From: Dehalococcoidia bacterium
GTDB lineage: Bacteria; Chloroflexota; Dehalococcoidia; Lucifugimonadales; JAGWBF01
DNA length: 24,000 nt
Assembly: GCA_965226865.1 (NCBI GenBank)
Contig: CBDDEH010000004.1
Coordinates: 1,953,432 to 1,977,431 of the forward strand
Reading direction: 5' to 3'
Shown here: positions 8,975 through 17,186 of the stretch, piece by piece
How the letters are laid out: each line of letters starts with the position of its first letter
Position numbering within the stretch: the stretch's first letter is position 1
Translations under genes and position numbers: made by a program
The notes under the pieces: model-generated
The model's input: the letters and a program-made list of their open reading frames with translations, nothing else
The model's database searches: none
Told to the model about the DNA's origin: nothing

Positions 8975-10233
8975 CGCAGGAGCCTACCCCCCATGGGCCC
9001 CTGTCGGGGCTGAGGGTGCTGGAGATGGCCGACGAGAAGGGGCAGTTCTGCGGGAAGCTGATGGGAGACCTGGGTGCCGACGTGATCAAGATAGAGCCCC
9101 CCGGTGGGGAACGTACCCGCTCCGTGGGCCCCTTCCTGGACGACATACCACATCCCGATAGGAGCCTGTACTTCTGGCACTACAACACCTCAAAGAGGGG
9201 GATAACCCTGGACCTGAATACCGGGGATGGGCGGGAGCTGTTCAAGGGGCTGGTGGCCACAGCCGACGTGGTGCTGGAGACCAGACCTCCGGGGTACCTC
9301 CCTGGTCTCGGCTTGGGGTATGAGGAGCTGAGCGCCATCAACCCCAGGCTGATCATGTGCTCGCTGACTCCCTTTGGGCAGACCGGGCCTTGGAGGGACT
9401 ACCTGGCTTCTGACCTGGTGCACATGGCTGGGGGTGGGCAGATGGCCTCCTGTGGGTATGAGGACGATGACGTCCCCGATGCTCCTCCCATAGCGCCGGG
9501 CACTGGAGCCGCCTGGCATATATCCAACTACCACACCTGTCTGGCCATCGTTTCCGCCATTTTTTACCGAGACATCAGCGGAGAAGGACAATACATCGAT
9601 GCCTCAATGCACGAGGCTTGCGTCCACGGCACTGAAATAGCGATACCGATGTACGTCTACGAGGGGCGTACAGTCCGCCGTAACACGGGACGGTCAGGGG
9701 TTCCCGACCCGATCCCTAAAGCTCAGGTGCGTTGTAAGGACGGCAAATGGCTCAACGTCAACAGGCTGGCCAGCCGCATGACGCCCACGCACCTCACGGC
9801 TCTGTCGGATTGGATGGATGAGTACGGATTCGCTAACGACCTGAAGGACGAGAAATACCAGGACACGGAGACTATTCAGAAAGACATCTCACACATTGAC
9901 GCCCTGTTTCAGGAGTTCATCAAGCGGGTCCCCCAGGACGAGGCCTATCACGGAGGGCAGGCTAGAGACTTCACCTGGGGCGCAGTCAGGACCATGGAGG
10001 AGATCGAAACGGACGACCATTTCCAGGAGCTAGGCTTCTTCGTGGAAGTGGATCACCCTGAGTTGGGGAATGGCTTCACCTATCCGGGAGCACCCGCAAT
10101 ATACAGCGAAGCACAATGGAATATATCGCGAAGGGCTCCACTGGTGGGCGAACACGACGAAGAGGTCTATTGCCGAGATCTGGGCCTGTCCAAACAGGAT
10201 CTGCTAGCCCTCGAAGAAGCCGGTGTGGTTTAG
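8971..10233 (+). CDS. Class III CoA-transferase, second diverged paralogue, translationally coupled to the upstream gene
   Basis: 420 aa. The N-terminal signature is LSGLRVLEMADEKGQFCGKLMGDLGADVIKIEPPGGERTR. ATG 8971..8973 overlaps the upstream TGA 8972..8974 (ATGA). Confidence 0.85.
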   Translation: MTQEPTPHGPLSGLRVLEMADEKGQFCGKLMGDLGADVIKIEPPGGERTRSVGPFLDDIPHPDRSLYFWHYNTSKRGITLDLNTGDGRELFKGLVATADVVLETRPPGYLPGLGLGYEELSAINPRLIMCSLTPFGQTGPWRDYLASDLVHMAGGGQMASCGYEDDDVPDAPPIAPGTGAAWHISNYHTCLAIVSAIFYRDISGEGQYIDASMHEACVHGTEIAIPMYVYEGRTVRRNTGRSGVPDPIPKAQVRCKDGKWLNVNRLASRMTPTHLTALSDWMDEYGFANDLKDEKYQDTETIQKDISHIDALFQEFIKRVPQDEAYHGGQARDFTWGAVRTMEEIETDDHFQELGFFVEVDHPELGNGFTYPGAPAIYSEAQWNISRRAPLVGEHDEEVYCRDLGLSKQDLLALEEAGVV

Positions 10234-10252
10234 GCTCGTAACCGGCTGGTCA

Positions 10253-10281
10253 GTTGCGCAATCGCTAGAATGTCAGTATCA
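10253..10281 (+). promoter_or_regulatory. Possible sigma70-type promoter for the PD40/DUF385 gene pair
   Basis: TTGCGC (10253..10258), a 17-nt spacer, then TATCAT (10276..10281), about 70 nt upstream of the TTG start at 10354. This is a motif match only. Confidence 0.2.
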
Positions 10282-10353
10282 TCTCTCCCCACATCCGTAT
10301 TAGCCGTTTGGCCGTAGTTTCACTGGAGAATTGATGAGTAGGGAGCAACCAGA

Positions 10354-11262
10354 TTGAATATCCGGATTTGGATTGGCACGGCCATTATTCTTGGTATTTT
10401 GGGTATGGCATGCGGAAACGGCCCTTCAGCCACAACTACATCAGTATCCTCAGGGGAGCAGATCGTCTTCCACTCCAACCGGGACGGTAACCACGAAATA
10501 TACGTCATGGAATCCGAAGGCTCCAATCAGACCCGCCTCACGTTCAACGACGCCGACGACCGATGGGCCGCATGGTCTCCGGACGGCTCTAAAATAGCCT
10601 TCAGCTCAGATCGGAGCGGCAACTGGGAAGTGTATCTGATGGACCCTGACGGCTCCAATCAAATTAATTTAACCAACCACCCAGGTTTGGACACGTCTCC
10701 CAAATGGTCGCCCGACGGGTCTAAGATAGCTTTCATATCTGGAAGGAATCGTAGCAGAGAAGTCTACCTAATGGACGCCGACGGCTCCAATCAAATCAAC
10801 CTCACCGGTCACCGGGCGCTCGACAGCTCGCCGGCCTGGTCGCCTGATGGCTCCAAAATCGTCTTCAACTCGGACAGGGACAGGGCCGTGGAGCTGTACG
10901 CTATGAACATCGACGGCTCCAACCAAACCGGGTTGACATCCAATCAAGCCGACGACCGTACCCCGGCCTGGTCGCCCGACGGAAGTAAGATCCTCTTAGC
11001 CACGGCGAGAGAAGTAGACCGGCGTGGCAGTTCCTCGTTGGCTATATACGTTATGGACCCCGATGGCTCCAATGTAAGGCCCTTGCCGACCCCGGCCCTC
11101 GGCAACTCCCCAGCCTGGTCGCCCGACGGCTCTAAAATCGCGTTTACGACCAACGTGGATGGCAACATTGAGATATACGTGATGAACGCGGACGGCTCCA
11201 ATCAGACTCGTCTGACCAACACCGAATCTGCCATCGACGGGGCTCCAGACTGGCGCCCATGA
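10354..11262 (+). CDS. TolB-like PD40 (WD40-like) beta-propeller lipoprotein
   Basis: TTG start preceded by GGGAG. Lipoprotein signal [21 protein letters not shown]. At least six tandem PD40 units of about 45 aa follow the pattern [28 protein letters not shown]. Confidence 0.85.
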   Translation: MNIRIWIGTAIILGILGMACGNGPSATTTSVSSGEQIVFHSNRDGNHEIYVMESEGSNQTRLTFNDADDRWAAWSPDGSKIAFSSDRSGNWEVYLMDPDGSNQINLTNHPGLDTSPKWSPDGSKIAFISGRNRSREVYLMDADGSNQINLTGHRALDSSPAWSPDGSKIVFNSDRDRAVELYAMNIDGSNQTGLTSNQADDRTPAWSPDGSKILLATAREVDRRGSSSLAIYVMDPDGSNVRPLPTPALGNSPAWSPDGSKIAFTTNVDGNIEIYVMNADGSNQTRLTNTESAIDGAPDWRP

Positions 11263-11732
11263 ATCGAAGGCGCCGGCCAAATGCCTGGCTACTGCCCCTC
11301 TATAAACTCCCCGTATGGTTGTATCGTCTCAAGTTTGGTTGGCTGCTGAGCAGCCGTTTTCTGATGATTACTCACCTAGGCCGTACCACAGGAAAACGCC
11401 ACTATATCGTGGTAGAAGTAGCCAGGTACGACAAGGCTAAGGACGAATACATAGCGATGTCCGGATACGGCGAAGACTCGGACTGGTACCGAAATTTGCA
11501 AATGTCCCCTGCCGTGGAAATCCATGTTGGACGCCGGAGATTTACCCCAAACCAGCGCTTCCTGGCTCCTGAAGAAGTCCATAACGAATTCGTAGAATAT
11601 GAGCGCCGCCATCGTTTGACCGCCCGCACGCTCTCAAAGCACCTCAACGCCCCATACGACGGCTCAGAAGAGCAACGGCACGACCTGACCGCGGCTTTAC
11701 GAATGGTCGCGTTTTCACCTTCCAAGTCTTAA
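11259..11732 (+). CDS. DUF385 / PNPOx-like deazaflavin (F420)-dependent nitroreductase-family protein
   Basis: 157 aa. The [20 protein letters not shown]...[25 protein letters not shown] segment matches the DUF385 consensus as I recall it (THxGRKSG...P.WyrNL.a.P.v.v). Its ATG overlaps the upstream stop (ATGA at 11259..11262). Confidence 0.75.
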   Translation: MNRRRRPNAWLLPLYKLPVWLYRLKFGWLLSSRFLMITHLGRTTGKRHYIVVEVARYDKAKDEYIAMSGYGEDSDWYRNLQMSPAVEIHVGRRRFTPNQRFLAPEEVHNEFVEYERRHRLTARTLSKHLNAPYDGSEEQRHDLTAALRMVAFSPSKS

Positions 11733-11805
11733 CAACCCTGAACGCGTGCTATGGTTTAATGCGAATAGAGGGAAGTGCAAAACTCCAAAAACTACCGAGC
11801 AGATA

Positions 11806-12771
11806 TCAGTTGAGAAGACCGGAGGGAAAGAGGCGGCCGAAGGCATCGAGGGCTGCGGCATCGGGCACGGAATGGCCGCCGTCATATTGAACGACGTCAG
11901 CCCCGCGTTCGGCGAGGAACGCGACCTCGGCATCGCTGAGGCGTCCCACCTGCTCGTCTAAGGTCCCGGAAAGGTATACCACGTTGGTCATGTCGATACC
12001 GGCGAGCCGTTCGGTGTAGCGGTAGTGTCCGAGGCCGGCCGCGAGCCGGGCCATGTTGCGCTGGAGCGGGACCGTGCCCTCGGGGGCCGGTTCGTGCCCT
12101 CCAGTCCTGGGGTCCTCGATCTCCACGCCGTCCACGAAGCCGACGGTACGGCCCTCGGCGAACACCGTCCATATCGTAGGCGGCATGTCGAGCCGTCCAT
12201 TGGCAATCAGATATCCCTCGGCGACGTTGCCCTGCGTGGCGAGGAGCTCCTGGACCATGAATGCGCCGAAGGATATCCCGACAACGTAGACCGTCTTGCC
12301 TTGAGCCTGGAAGTGGTCCACGAGGGCGGCCAGGACCTCCACGCTTTCCCCATCAGCCGCCTTGGCTTCGTCGAACGTGATGTCTGCGGCGGTGAATGGG
12401 GCGGGGTTGATGGTCTGGGCTTGATGGACATTCACTAGGTGTATGCGTTCGAGGTTGAGCAGGCCCAGCTTCTCAAGTATCTCACGCTTTCGGACAAGGG
12501 CCGGCATTGGTCCGCCCTGGCTGTTCACCACCACCACGCCGGCGTCCGGGTTGCCAAAGCTGTGATAGGCGTCCTCGATTGCCCAGGCGGCTTCCGGCGT
12601 CACTGTGGGAGGTGTCTGCACGGGGGCCGACGTGGGGGACGCGGCTTCCGGCGTCACTGTGGGAAGCGTCTCCACGGGGGCCGACGTGGGGGGCACGGCT
12701 TCACTCGCTCCGCAGGCCGACAGGGCAACCGTCGCCGCGAAGACCCCTGCGATGAGCGAACAGCGAAGCAT
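11806..12771 (-). CDS. Secreted lipoprotein, putative alpha/beta-hydrolase
   Basis: The preferred start is ATG 12771..12769, giving the lipoprotein signal MLRCSLIAGVFAATVALSACG. A Pro/Thr-rich duplicated linker follows, then a globular domain with a GISFG (GxSxG-type) nucleophile elbow and a C-terminal GGHS. The track ORF extends to 12954, but that extension is Arg-rich and unconvincing. Confidence 0.7.
   Translation of the reverse strand: MLRCSLIAGVFAATVALSACGASEAVPPTSAPVETLPTVTPEAASPTSAPVQTPPTVTPEAAWAIEDAYHSFGNPDAGVVVVNSQGGPMPALVRKREILEKLGLLNLERIHLVNVHQAQTINPAPFTAADITFDEAKAADGESVEVLAALVDHFQAQGKTVYVVGISFGAFMVQELLATQGNVAEGYLIANGRLDMPPTIWTVFAEGRTVGFVDGVEIEDPRTGGHEPAPEGTVPLQRNMARLAAGLGHYRYTERLAGIDMTNVVYLSGTLDEQVGRLSDAEVAFLAERGADVVQYDGGHSVPDAAALDAFGRLFPSGLLN
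12589..12704. repeat. 54-bp tandem duplication (about 2.1 copies) inside the hydrolase linker
   Basis: Units 12589..12642 and 12643..12696 both begin ggcttccggcgtcactgtggga and differ at about 6 of 54 positions. A third unit starts at 12697 and breaks off. The units encode PTSAPVETLPTVTPEAAS / PTSAPVQTPPTVTPEAAW. Confidence 0.85.
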
Positions 12772-12934
12772 CGATCTCAGTCCCGTAATGCCAATAGTGC
12801 TTGGTCGGGATGCCTGGTTCTCGCAATCATTGTCGGCTTGATATTCGGTGGATGCCAGATGTGCGGACTGGTGGTTTACCGCAGCGCGTGGACGGTCTCC
12901 GCGACTCGCTCGGCTAGAATTTTCGCCGCAGGTC

Positions 12935-13215
12935 TTAGGCAGCGTTCCTACCACGAAGGGGAGCGTGACACCTGTGTTGTAACCCAGCCGTTCGCCTTAG
13001 GTCACTTGAATTGTAGTGAGATCCTTTGGGTGTGGCAAGCCGATAATTACCAGTCCTATAGAGCTGAGTGGACGCTCCGGTGAAGGTCCCGCCGAAGGCG
13101 ATGGCGGCCAGCTTGGCGTCGAGCATGAGCCGGTCGGTGCCGGAGGAGTCCAGTTCGAGCCGGTCCCGGAGCCGGGATTCCTCGGCCTGGGTCATGATCC
13201 CGTCGGCCATGGCGT
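12935..13215 (-). pseudogene. Orphan coding remnant downstream of the truncated helicase (unknown family)
   Basis: This frame is open across the helicase stop. It reads ...DHAMADGIMTQAEESRLRDRLELDSSGTDRLMLDAKLAAIAFGGTFTG... with no credible start or ribosome-binding site of its own. It is not helicase-like. Confidence 0.3.
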
Positions 13216-14724
13216 GATCAGTGTGAGCTTGATGCCGAGCTCGTCGTGGAAGTAGTCGACGATCTCGGCCTTCACATCGGGCTTGGCGGTCGCGGTAAGG
13301 CACAGAACTGGGGGCACCGGCTCATCACCCGCCTTCTCCCGGATGAATCTCCCCACGTAGCGGTAGTCCGGCCGAAAATCGTGTCCCCACTTCGAAAGGC
13401 AGTGGGCTTCGTCCAGTACCCACGCGCCGATCTCGCGCTGCGCCAAGGCGTTCCGAATCGAGACGCTACGGAGTTGCTCCGGGGCGACTATCAGGATGCC
13501 TGCATCCCCCAACCGCACCCTGTCCAACGCATCAGCCCGCTCAGGCATTGACATGAGCCCGTTAATGGTGACGCAGGAACCGATGCCCCGGGCTTCCAGT
13601 CCTGCCACCTGGTCAGCCATGAGGGCGACCAGTGGCGAAATCACCACTGTCAACGCACCGGTCTTGTCGAAGCGGGGCAGCGCTGGTATCTGATAGCAGA
13701 CCGACTTGCCGGTCCCAGTAGGCAGGATTCCGAGGACGTGCTCTCCCGCCATCGCAGCCTCAACCATGGACTTCTGCATTGGCCGTCCGCCCTCGTCGGT
13801 GGGCTCAGGCCGGAAGTCCGGAAAGCCGAACCAGCGGATCAGCTCTTTACTGGCGTCATGCCGTTCCCGGCACCAGCCACATTCGGGATCGACGCAGGCC
13901 GCGTCCCGCAACCGGCGGACCAGCCGACCGGCATCGGGGAACTGGTGCCGCACCCATGGAGGCATCACAGAGTTGCCCCCAGACACCGACATCCACGCCA
14001 GTGCGTACGCCAACGGCCAGCCCAGCCCCACCGTATCCCTGATTACTTCCAGGGTGTGGGTCCGACAGGCGTCGTCGGCGAGGCGAGTTCGGATAGCGTG
14101 GTGTGCCTCGAGGTCGGACGGCCTTGACATCTGCCGCAGAGACGAAAAGACCCTTTCGAAGCCCTCCCCCCCGTCCACCGTCGTCAGCCAATGCCAGGCC
14201 AGCAACAGGTCCGAAGGTGCCTTCGCAAACGCCTTCAGTTGGTCGGCGAAGACCTCCAACGTAAGACTGGCGTCCAGCTCCGGGTCGTTGATTCGGCCCC
14301 TTCTGAGCCCTCCGTCCTGGTAGTGCTTGACGAGGTGGTGATAGGGGTTCCGGGGAAAGGCCAAGGGATTGAGTCTGAGGGTGTCCACCGCTGGCACCTT
14401 CAATAGCCGCAATTCGGGGTTCGCGGCTTGGAGGTGCGGCAGATCGAAATCGATCAAATTGTGGCCGAGCAAGAAGTCTGCTTCAACCGCAAGGTCGTCC
14501 AGACTGGCCAGCGCCGTGGCGAGGTCATTGCCCTTTGAAGGGAAGGTCAGAGTCTGGCCGGTATCGGGTCGCACTCCGGCGAAAGCGTGGATACGGCGAT
14601 CCTGAACTCCGACTTCAAGGTCCAGCGAGAGACACCGCGACAGCAACGGGCCGACGCCGTCACGCACAAGAGTGATCCCACCTTGAGAATCGAGGCAGCT
14701 CGTTGATCTCCGGGTCCTTTCCAT
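13192..14724 (-). pseudogene. 3'-truncated fusion of a DEDD-type 3'-5' exonuclease domain and a RecQ-family helicase (lacks the helicase C-terminal domain)
   Basis: The N-terminal part carries LSLDLEV and GHNLIDFDLPHL, which are Exo I/II-like. The helicase part has motif I LPTGTGKS, Ia VISPLVALMADQV, II LDEAHCLSKWGHDFRPDY (RecQ signature) and III LCLTATA. The ORF stops 25 aa after motif III (…DELGIKLTLITPWPTGS*), before any RecA-2 / RQC sequence. Confidence 0.65.
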
Positions 14725-14741
14725 GTACCGTCTGAGCCAAC

Positions 14742-15065
14742 TTAATCTCGGCCGTTGGCGATCTGGACTGCCTCCCTTGGACGTACTTGTTCCGCGATGG
14801 TTTCCCCCGACTCGATCTCGGCCGCCCGCAACTCAAAGGTCTTCTGCAGGTTGAGCCAGAGCTGCGGCGTCGTCCCGAAATAGCGCGAGAGGCGAAGCGC
14901 GGTGTCGGCGGTCACCCCACGCTGACCCTTCAGGATAGCGGTGATCCGGTTGGTCGGCACTCTGAGAGCCCTAGCCATCGCGTTGGCGGACATGCCAAGC
15001 TCCTCAAGCTCTTCAGCCAGTATCTCGCCCGGATGTACCGGGCGCATACCATTGGTCACGTTCAT
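14742..15065 (-). CDS. higA: HigA-family antitoxin (XRE-type helix-turn-helix)
   Basis: The preferred start is ATG 15065..15063 (MNVTNGMRPVHPGEILAEELEELGMSANAMARALRVPTNRITAILKGQRGVTADTALRLSRYFGTTPQLWLNLQ), with AAGGAG upstream. It is a classic HigA sequence. The track ORF start at 15179 would overlap higB by about 100 nt. Confidence 0.85.
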   Translation of the reverse strand: MNVTNGMRPVHPGEILAEELEELGMSANAMARALRVPTNRITAILKGQRGVTADTALRLSRYFGTTPQLWLNLQKTFELRAAEIESGETIAEQVRPREAVQIANGRD

Positions 15066-15075
15066 GCCACTCTCC

Positions 15076-15357
15076 TTAACGGTGGTAGTCGACGATCTCC
15101 ACGTCGAAGGGTCCATCGTCTCCCCAGCGGAAGCAAATTCGCCACTGGCGGTTGATTCGTATGCTGTACTGACCTGCACGGTCCCCTGCGAGGGACTCCA
15201 GCCTGTTGCGGGGGAGGCCGACCAGGTCTCTCAGGGACTCAGCGTTGTCCAGAACCGTCAGGCGGCGAGTTGCTTGGCCTGAGAAGCCTTGGAAGTCCTG
15301 GACAAACTCTCCGGCAAAGAACCGCTCAGTCTCCCGGTCTCTGAAGCCTCGAATCAT
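15076..15357 (-). CDS. higB: HigB toxin (RelE/ParE superfamily, 'plasmid maintenance system killer')
   Basis: 93 aa. MIRGFRDRETERFF...LPRNRLESLAGDRAGQYSIRINRQWRICFRW...VEIVDYH matches the HigB consensus. The toxin-first gene order is typical of higBA. Confidence 0.9.
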   Translation of the reverse strand: MIRGFRDRETERFFAGEFVQDFQGFSGQATRRLTVLDNAESLRDLVGLPRNRLESLAGDRAGQYSIRINRQWRICFRWGDDGPFDVEIVDYHR

Positions 15358-15366
15358 TATAACGCC

Positions 15367-15416
15367 TTACGTAACGGGTACACAACATGATATACTGTAT
15401 CGTGAACCTCTGACAA
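15367..15416 (-). promoter_or_regulatory. Possible higBA promoter with a palindromic operator candidate
   Basis: On the minus strand: TTGTCA (15416..15411), a 16-nt spacer, then TATATC (15394..15389). A perfect 8-bp palindrome TTACGTAA (15367..15374) lies between the -10 element and the start codon. Motif-level evidence only. Confidence 0.3.
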
Positions 15417-15702
15417 GGATAGCAACCTATTAGTAGATCGCACTCTGGGGGTTAGCGACTGGCTCGGTCTCTCGATGTGGTAATTGGGTACGTGACACAC
15501 CCCGCAGTCTCTTAGTAAGGTTCGGGGTGCCTCTGCACGGGCAACGATACGTCTTCCCGCGGCACGGTTCGCCAATGAAGGCTGACGGCATCTGCCAAGC
15601 ATGATTCCCTCGTAAAAACCCGTTTTGAGGAAGTTCCGGCGATTTAGCACATCTGAGCGCTGCCGTATGTTGGGGTAGTATACGGAACAGAGACTATATA
15701 TT

Positions 15703-15733
15703 GTACCCAGGCGTGGGTACGTTTGTTCTAATT
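15703..15733 (+). terminator. Orphan intrinsic-terminator-like hairpin
   Basis: GTACCCA (15703..15709), loop GGCG, TGGGTAC (15714..15720), followed by GTTTGTTCTAATT. There is no plus-strand CDS upstream of it. Confidence 0.3.
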
Positions 15734-15942
15734 CGGCCTGCATAGACTTTTTACGAGAGAATCAAGCATCCATACAGGATGTTGGAGTGTGTGACGTGGG
15801 CGTTGGACTTGTGAGACCGTAGGCCGCAGGTGCCCGGTGTCGAGGGGGAGTTTCCTGGCCGATGTTGACTAGATTCTCTGGTAGATGATAAGGCGCTCGT
15901 ACTCGGTTTCCCGTTGATGAGGACAGTTTTGTACGGTAGGGA

Positions 15943-16353
15943 GTGGGCATCGACATGGACTTCACATTCACGAACGAAATCAACCTGCTTGACCTCATTG
16001 GGCTCGTTGGTTGGGCCATAGGGCTTTTCGTTGGGGCCAGTTGGCTCAAACGCCGCTATGCCAACCGGCTGGAATCGGATCCTATGCGCATCTTCCAGTC
16101 AAACATAACCGACTTGGAGGCGATAGTTCGCATGATGGAGGACAGCGAAGCTCGATACTTTGCTCGCGAAGATGATGGCTCGGAAGATGCCCGGGCCAGC
16201 GTCAGAATCGCCAAAGTGATGGCTGACTACAGGATCCGAGACATGATCTATAGCGGCTGGTTGATCTCCTGCCGGGACACGCATCGGCGCAATGCAAACC
16301 CATATCTCCACGTCAGGCCCGTGCCTGGCCTATATGTCGTTGATCCTCGTTAA
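15943..16353 (+). CDS. Hypothetical protein with one N-terminal transmembrane helix
   Basis: 136-aa ORF with a GTG start at 15943 (alternative ATG at 15955). It has a hydrophobic segment LLDLIGLVGWAIGLFVGASWL followed by a charged soluble domain. I recognise no family, and the ribosome-binding-site spacing is poor for both starts. Confidence 0.35.
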   Translation: MGIDMDFTFTNEINLLDLIGLVGWAIGLFVGASWLKRRYANRLESDPMRIFQSNITDLEAIVRMMEDSEARYFAREDDGSEDARASVRIAKVMADYRIRDMIYSGWLISCRDTHRRNANPYLHVRPVPGLYVVDPR

Positions 16354-16699
16354 CTGTATCAAAGGGTGTGACAGGCTAGGCTGGCGGACATGGACAAGGG
16401 ACAGGAGGAGCAGTGGCACAGCTGTCCACCCAAATGGCCTGCACCAATGGATATGGTCGCTATGCGAAGGGCACATTGAACATTGAACAATGAGACCATC
16501 CCATGAGAATCAAACCCGCATTAAGGGTTGTGACGCACCCCGCACGCATGGTGTCGTCCAACTGTGCGTTGGCTTCAAGTCCACGTCCCAAGAGTACCTG
16601 AGTTCTTCGTGTCTAGTTTGTGCTGCGAATGTTGGTCCAAGGTCCAGAACAACGCGTGCAGGACCGCCATGACCCCTCTCGAAATCCTCTGCTCTGCCA

Positions 16700-16975
16700 C
16701 ACCCCCATAATACCGTGGGCGGGGGCCTCGCTATGCTCAGAGAGCCCCCTAGCCACATCTCAAAGATGGTACCACCTACCATCCACTTCGGCCCACTTGG
16801 TGAGGATCGAACCGATCCTTCGGGCCTACTTAGGGTCGCAAGCCACATCTGGAAGACTGACTTCCCCACCTACCATCCGTGTCGGCCTACTACCCGGTCA
16901 CGTCGCATCAGCGTCCCTGCGTCCCGACGCGTCACGCTACAGGAATTGAGAGACCTTGGTGCGTCGATAGGTTGC
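16700..16975 (+). repeat. Repeat family 'U', copy U1 (contains two internal core copies, c1 and c2)
   Basis: c1 at 16745..16818: CTAGCCACATCTCAAAGATGGTACCACCTACCATCCACTTCGGCCCACTTGGTGAGGATCGAACCGATCC. c2 at 16841..16913: AGCCACATCTGGAAGACTGACTTCCCCACCTACCATCCGTGTCGGCCTACTACCCGGTCACGTCGCATCA. By hand it aligns along its length with 17785..18005. Confidence 0.7.
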
Positions 16976-17035
16976 CGAGCCACATTTCGAAGATGGTGGT
17001 ATCTACCGTATGCGTTGGTGGGCCCTCCTTGACGG
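16976..17035 (+). repeat. Repeat family 'U', partial copy c3
   Basis: GAGCCACATTTCGAAGATGGTGGTATCTACCGTATGCGTTGGTGGGCC shares the AGCCACAT.TCGAAGATGG start and the CTACCGT..GGCC spacing with the other copies. Confidence 0.55.
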
Positions 17036-17186
17036 TTAGCAGCAACCCAACTATCAGTCTCCCCGGATTCTGCGCGCTGCCGGTCTTTGTGTTGAATTGG
17101 CTGCCATACGAGGCGAATGCAGCTTGAGGTCATCACGGCTCCATTGATGGCATATCAGCAGCGCGATTCTAGCCCTCCTTCCGCAG

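Noticed and set aside
8161-9591. Overlapping ORFs in other frames within the CoA-transferase genes (8333..8848, 8452..8943, 8790..9146, 9190..9591).
   Set aside because: They are alternative-frame or antisense artefacts inside two well-supported CDSs.
1819-10233. An oxalate-degradation module: oxalyl-CoA decarboxylase (oxc) plus formyl-CoA transferase (frc).
   Set aside because: The ThDP enzyme cannot be assigned to Oxc rather than the ALS or HACL branches by eye. The CoA-transferases are 4 kb away on the other strand, separated by modABC and pfk. Family III membership alone does not imply Frc.
12772-12954. The N-terminal extension of the hydrolase ORF as given in the track (start at 12954).
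   Set aside because: The extension (MVGTLPKTCGENSSRASRGDRPRAAVNH...) precedes a textbook lipoprotein signal that begins at Met-62. The internal start at 12771 is therefore far more plausible.
12025-14605. Numerous plus-strand ORFs (for example 12439..13083 at 214 aa, 13706..14323 at 205 aa and 13738..14127) opposite the hydrolase and helicase genes.
   Set aside because: They are antisense shadows of clearly homologous minus-strand genes. Their composition is Arg/Ser/Pro-rich and they have no ribosome-binding sites.
15650-15692. GAGCGCTGCCGTAT...ATACGGAACAG, which resembles group II intron domain V (GAGCCGUAU...AUACGGUUC).
   Set aside because: The upper helix and GNRA tetraloop are missing; there is an 11-nt loop instead. 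The lower-stem pairing beyond CCGTAT/ATACGG is poor. The CCGTATG string is shared with repeat copy c3, so it is better explained as part of that family.
15357-15743. 128-aa minus-strand ORF immediately upstream of higB.
   Set aside because: It would have to read through the higBA promoter region. It has no ribosome-binding site, an odd composition and no recognisable family. The region is better treated as non-coding.
16745-17035. Three direct repeat cores spaced about 95 and 135 bp apart, which might be a CRISPR array.
   Set aside because: The repeats differ by many substitutions and indels. The spacing is irregular and longer than CRISPR spacers. The inter-repeat sequence is itself part of the repeated unit. 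No cas genes are present in the window.
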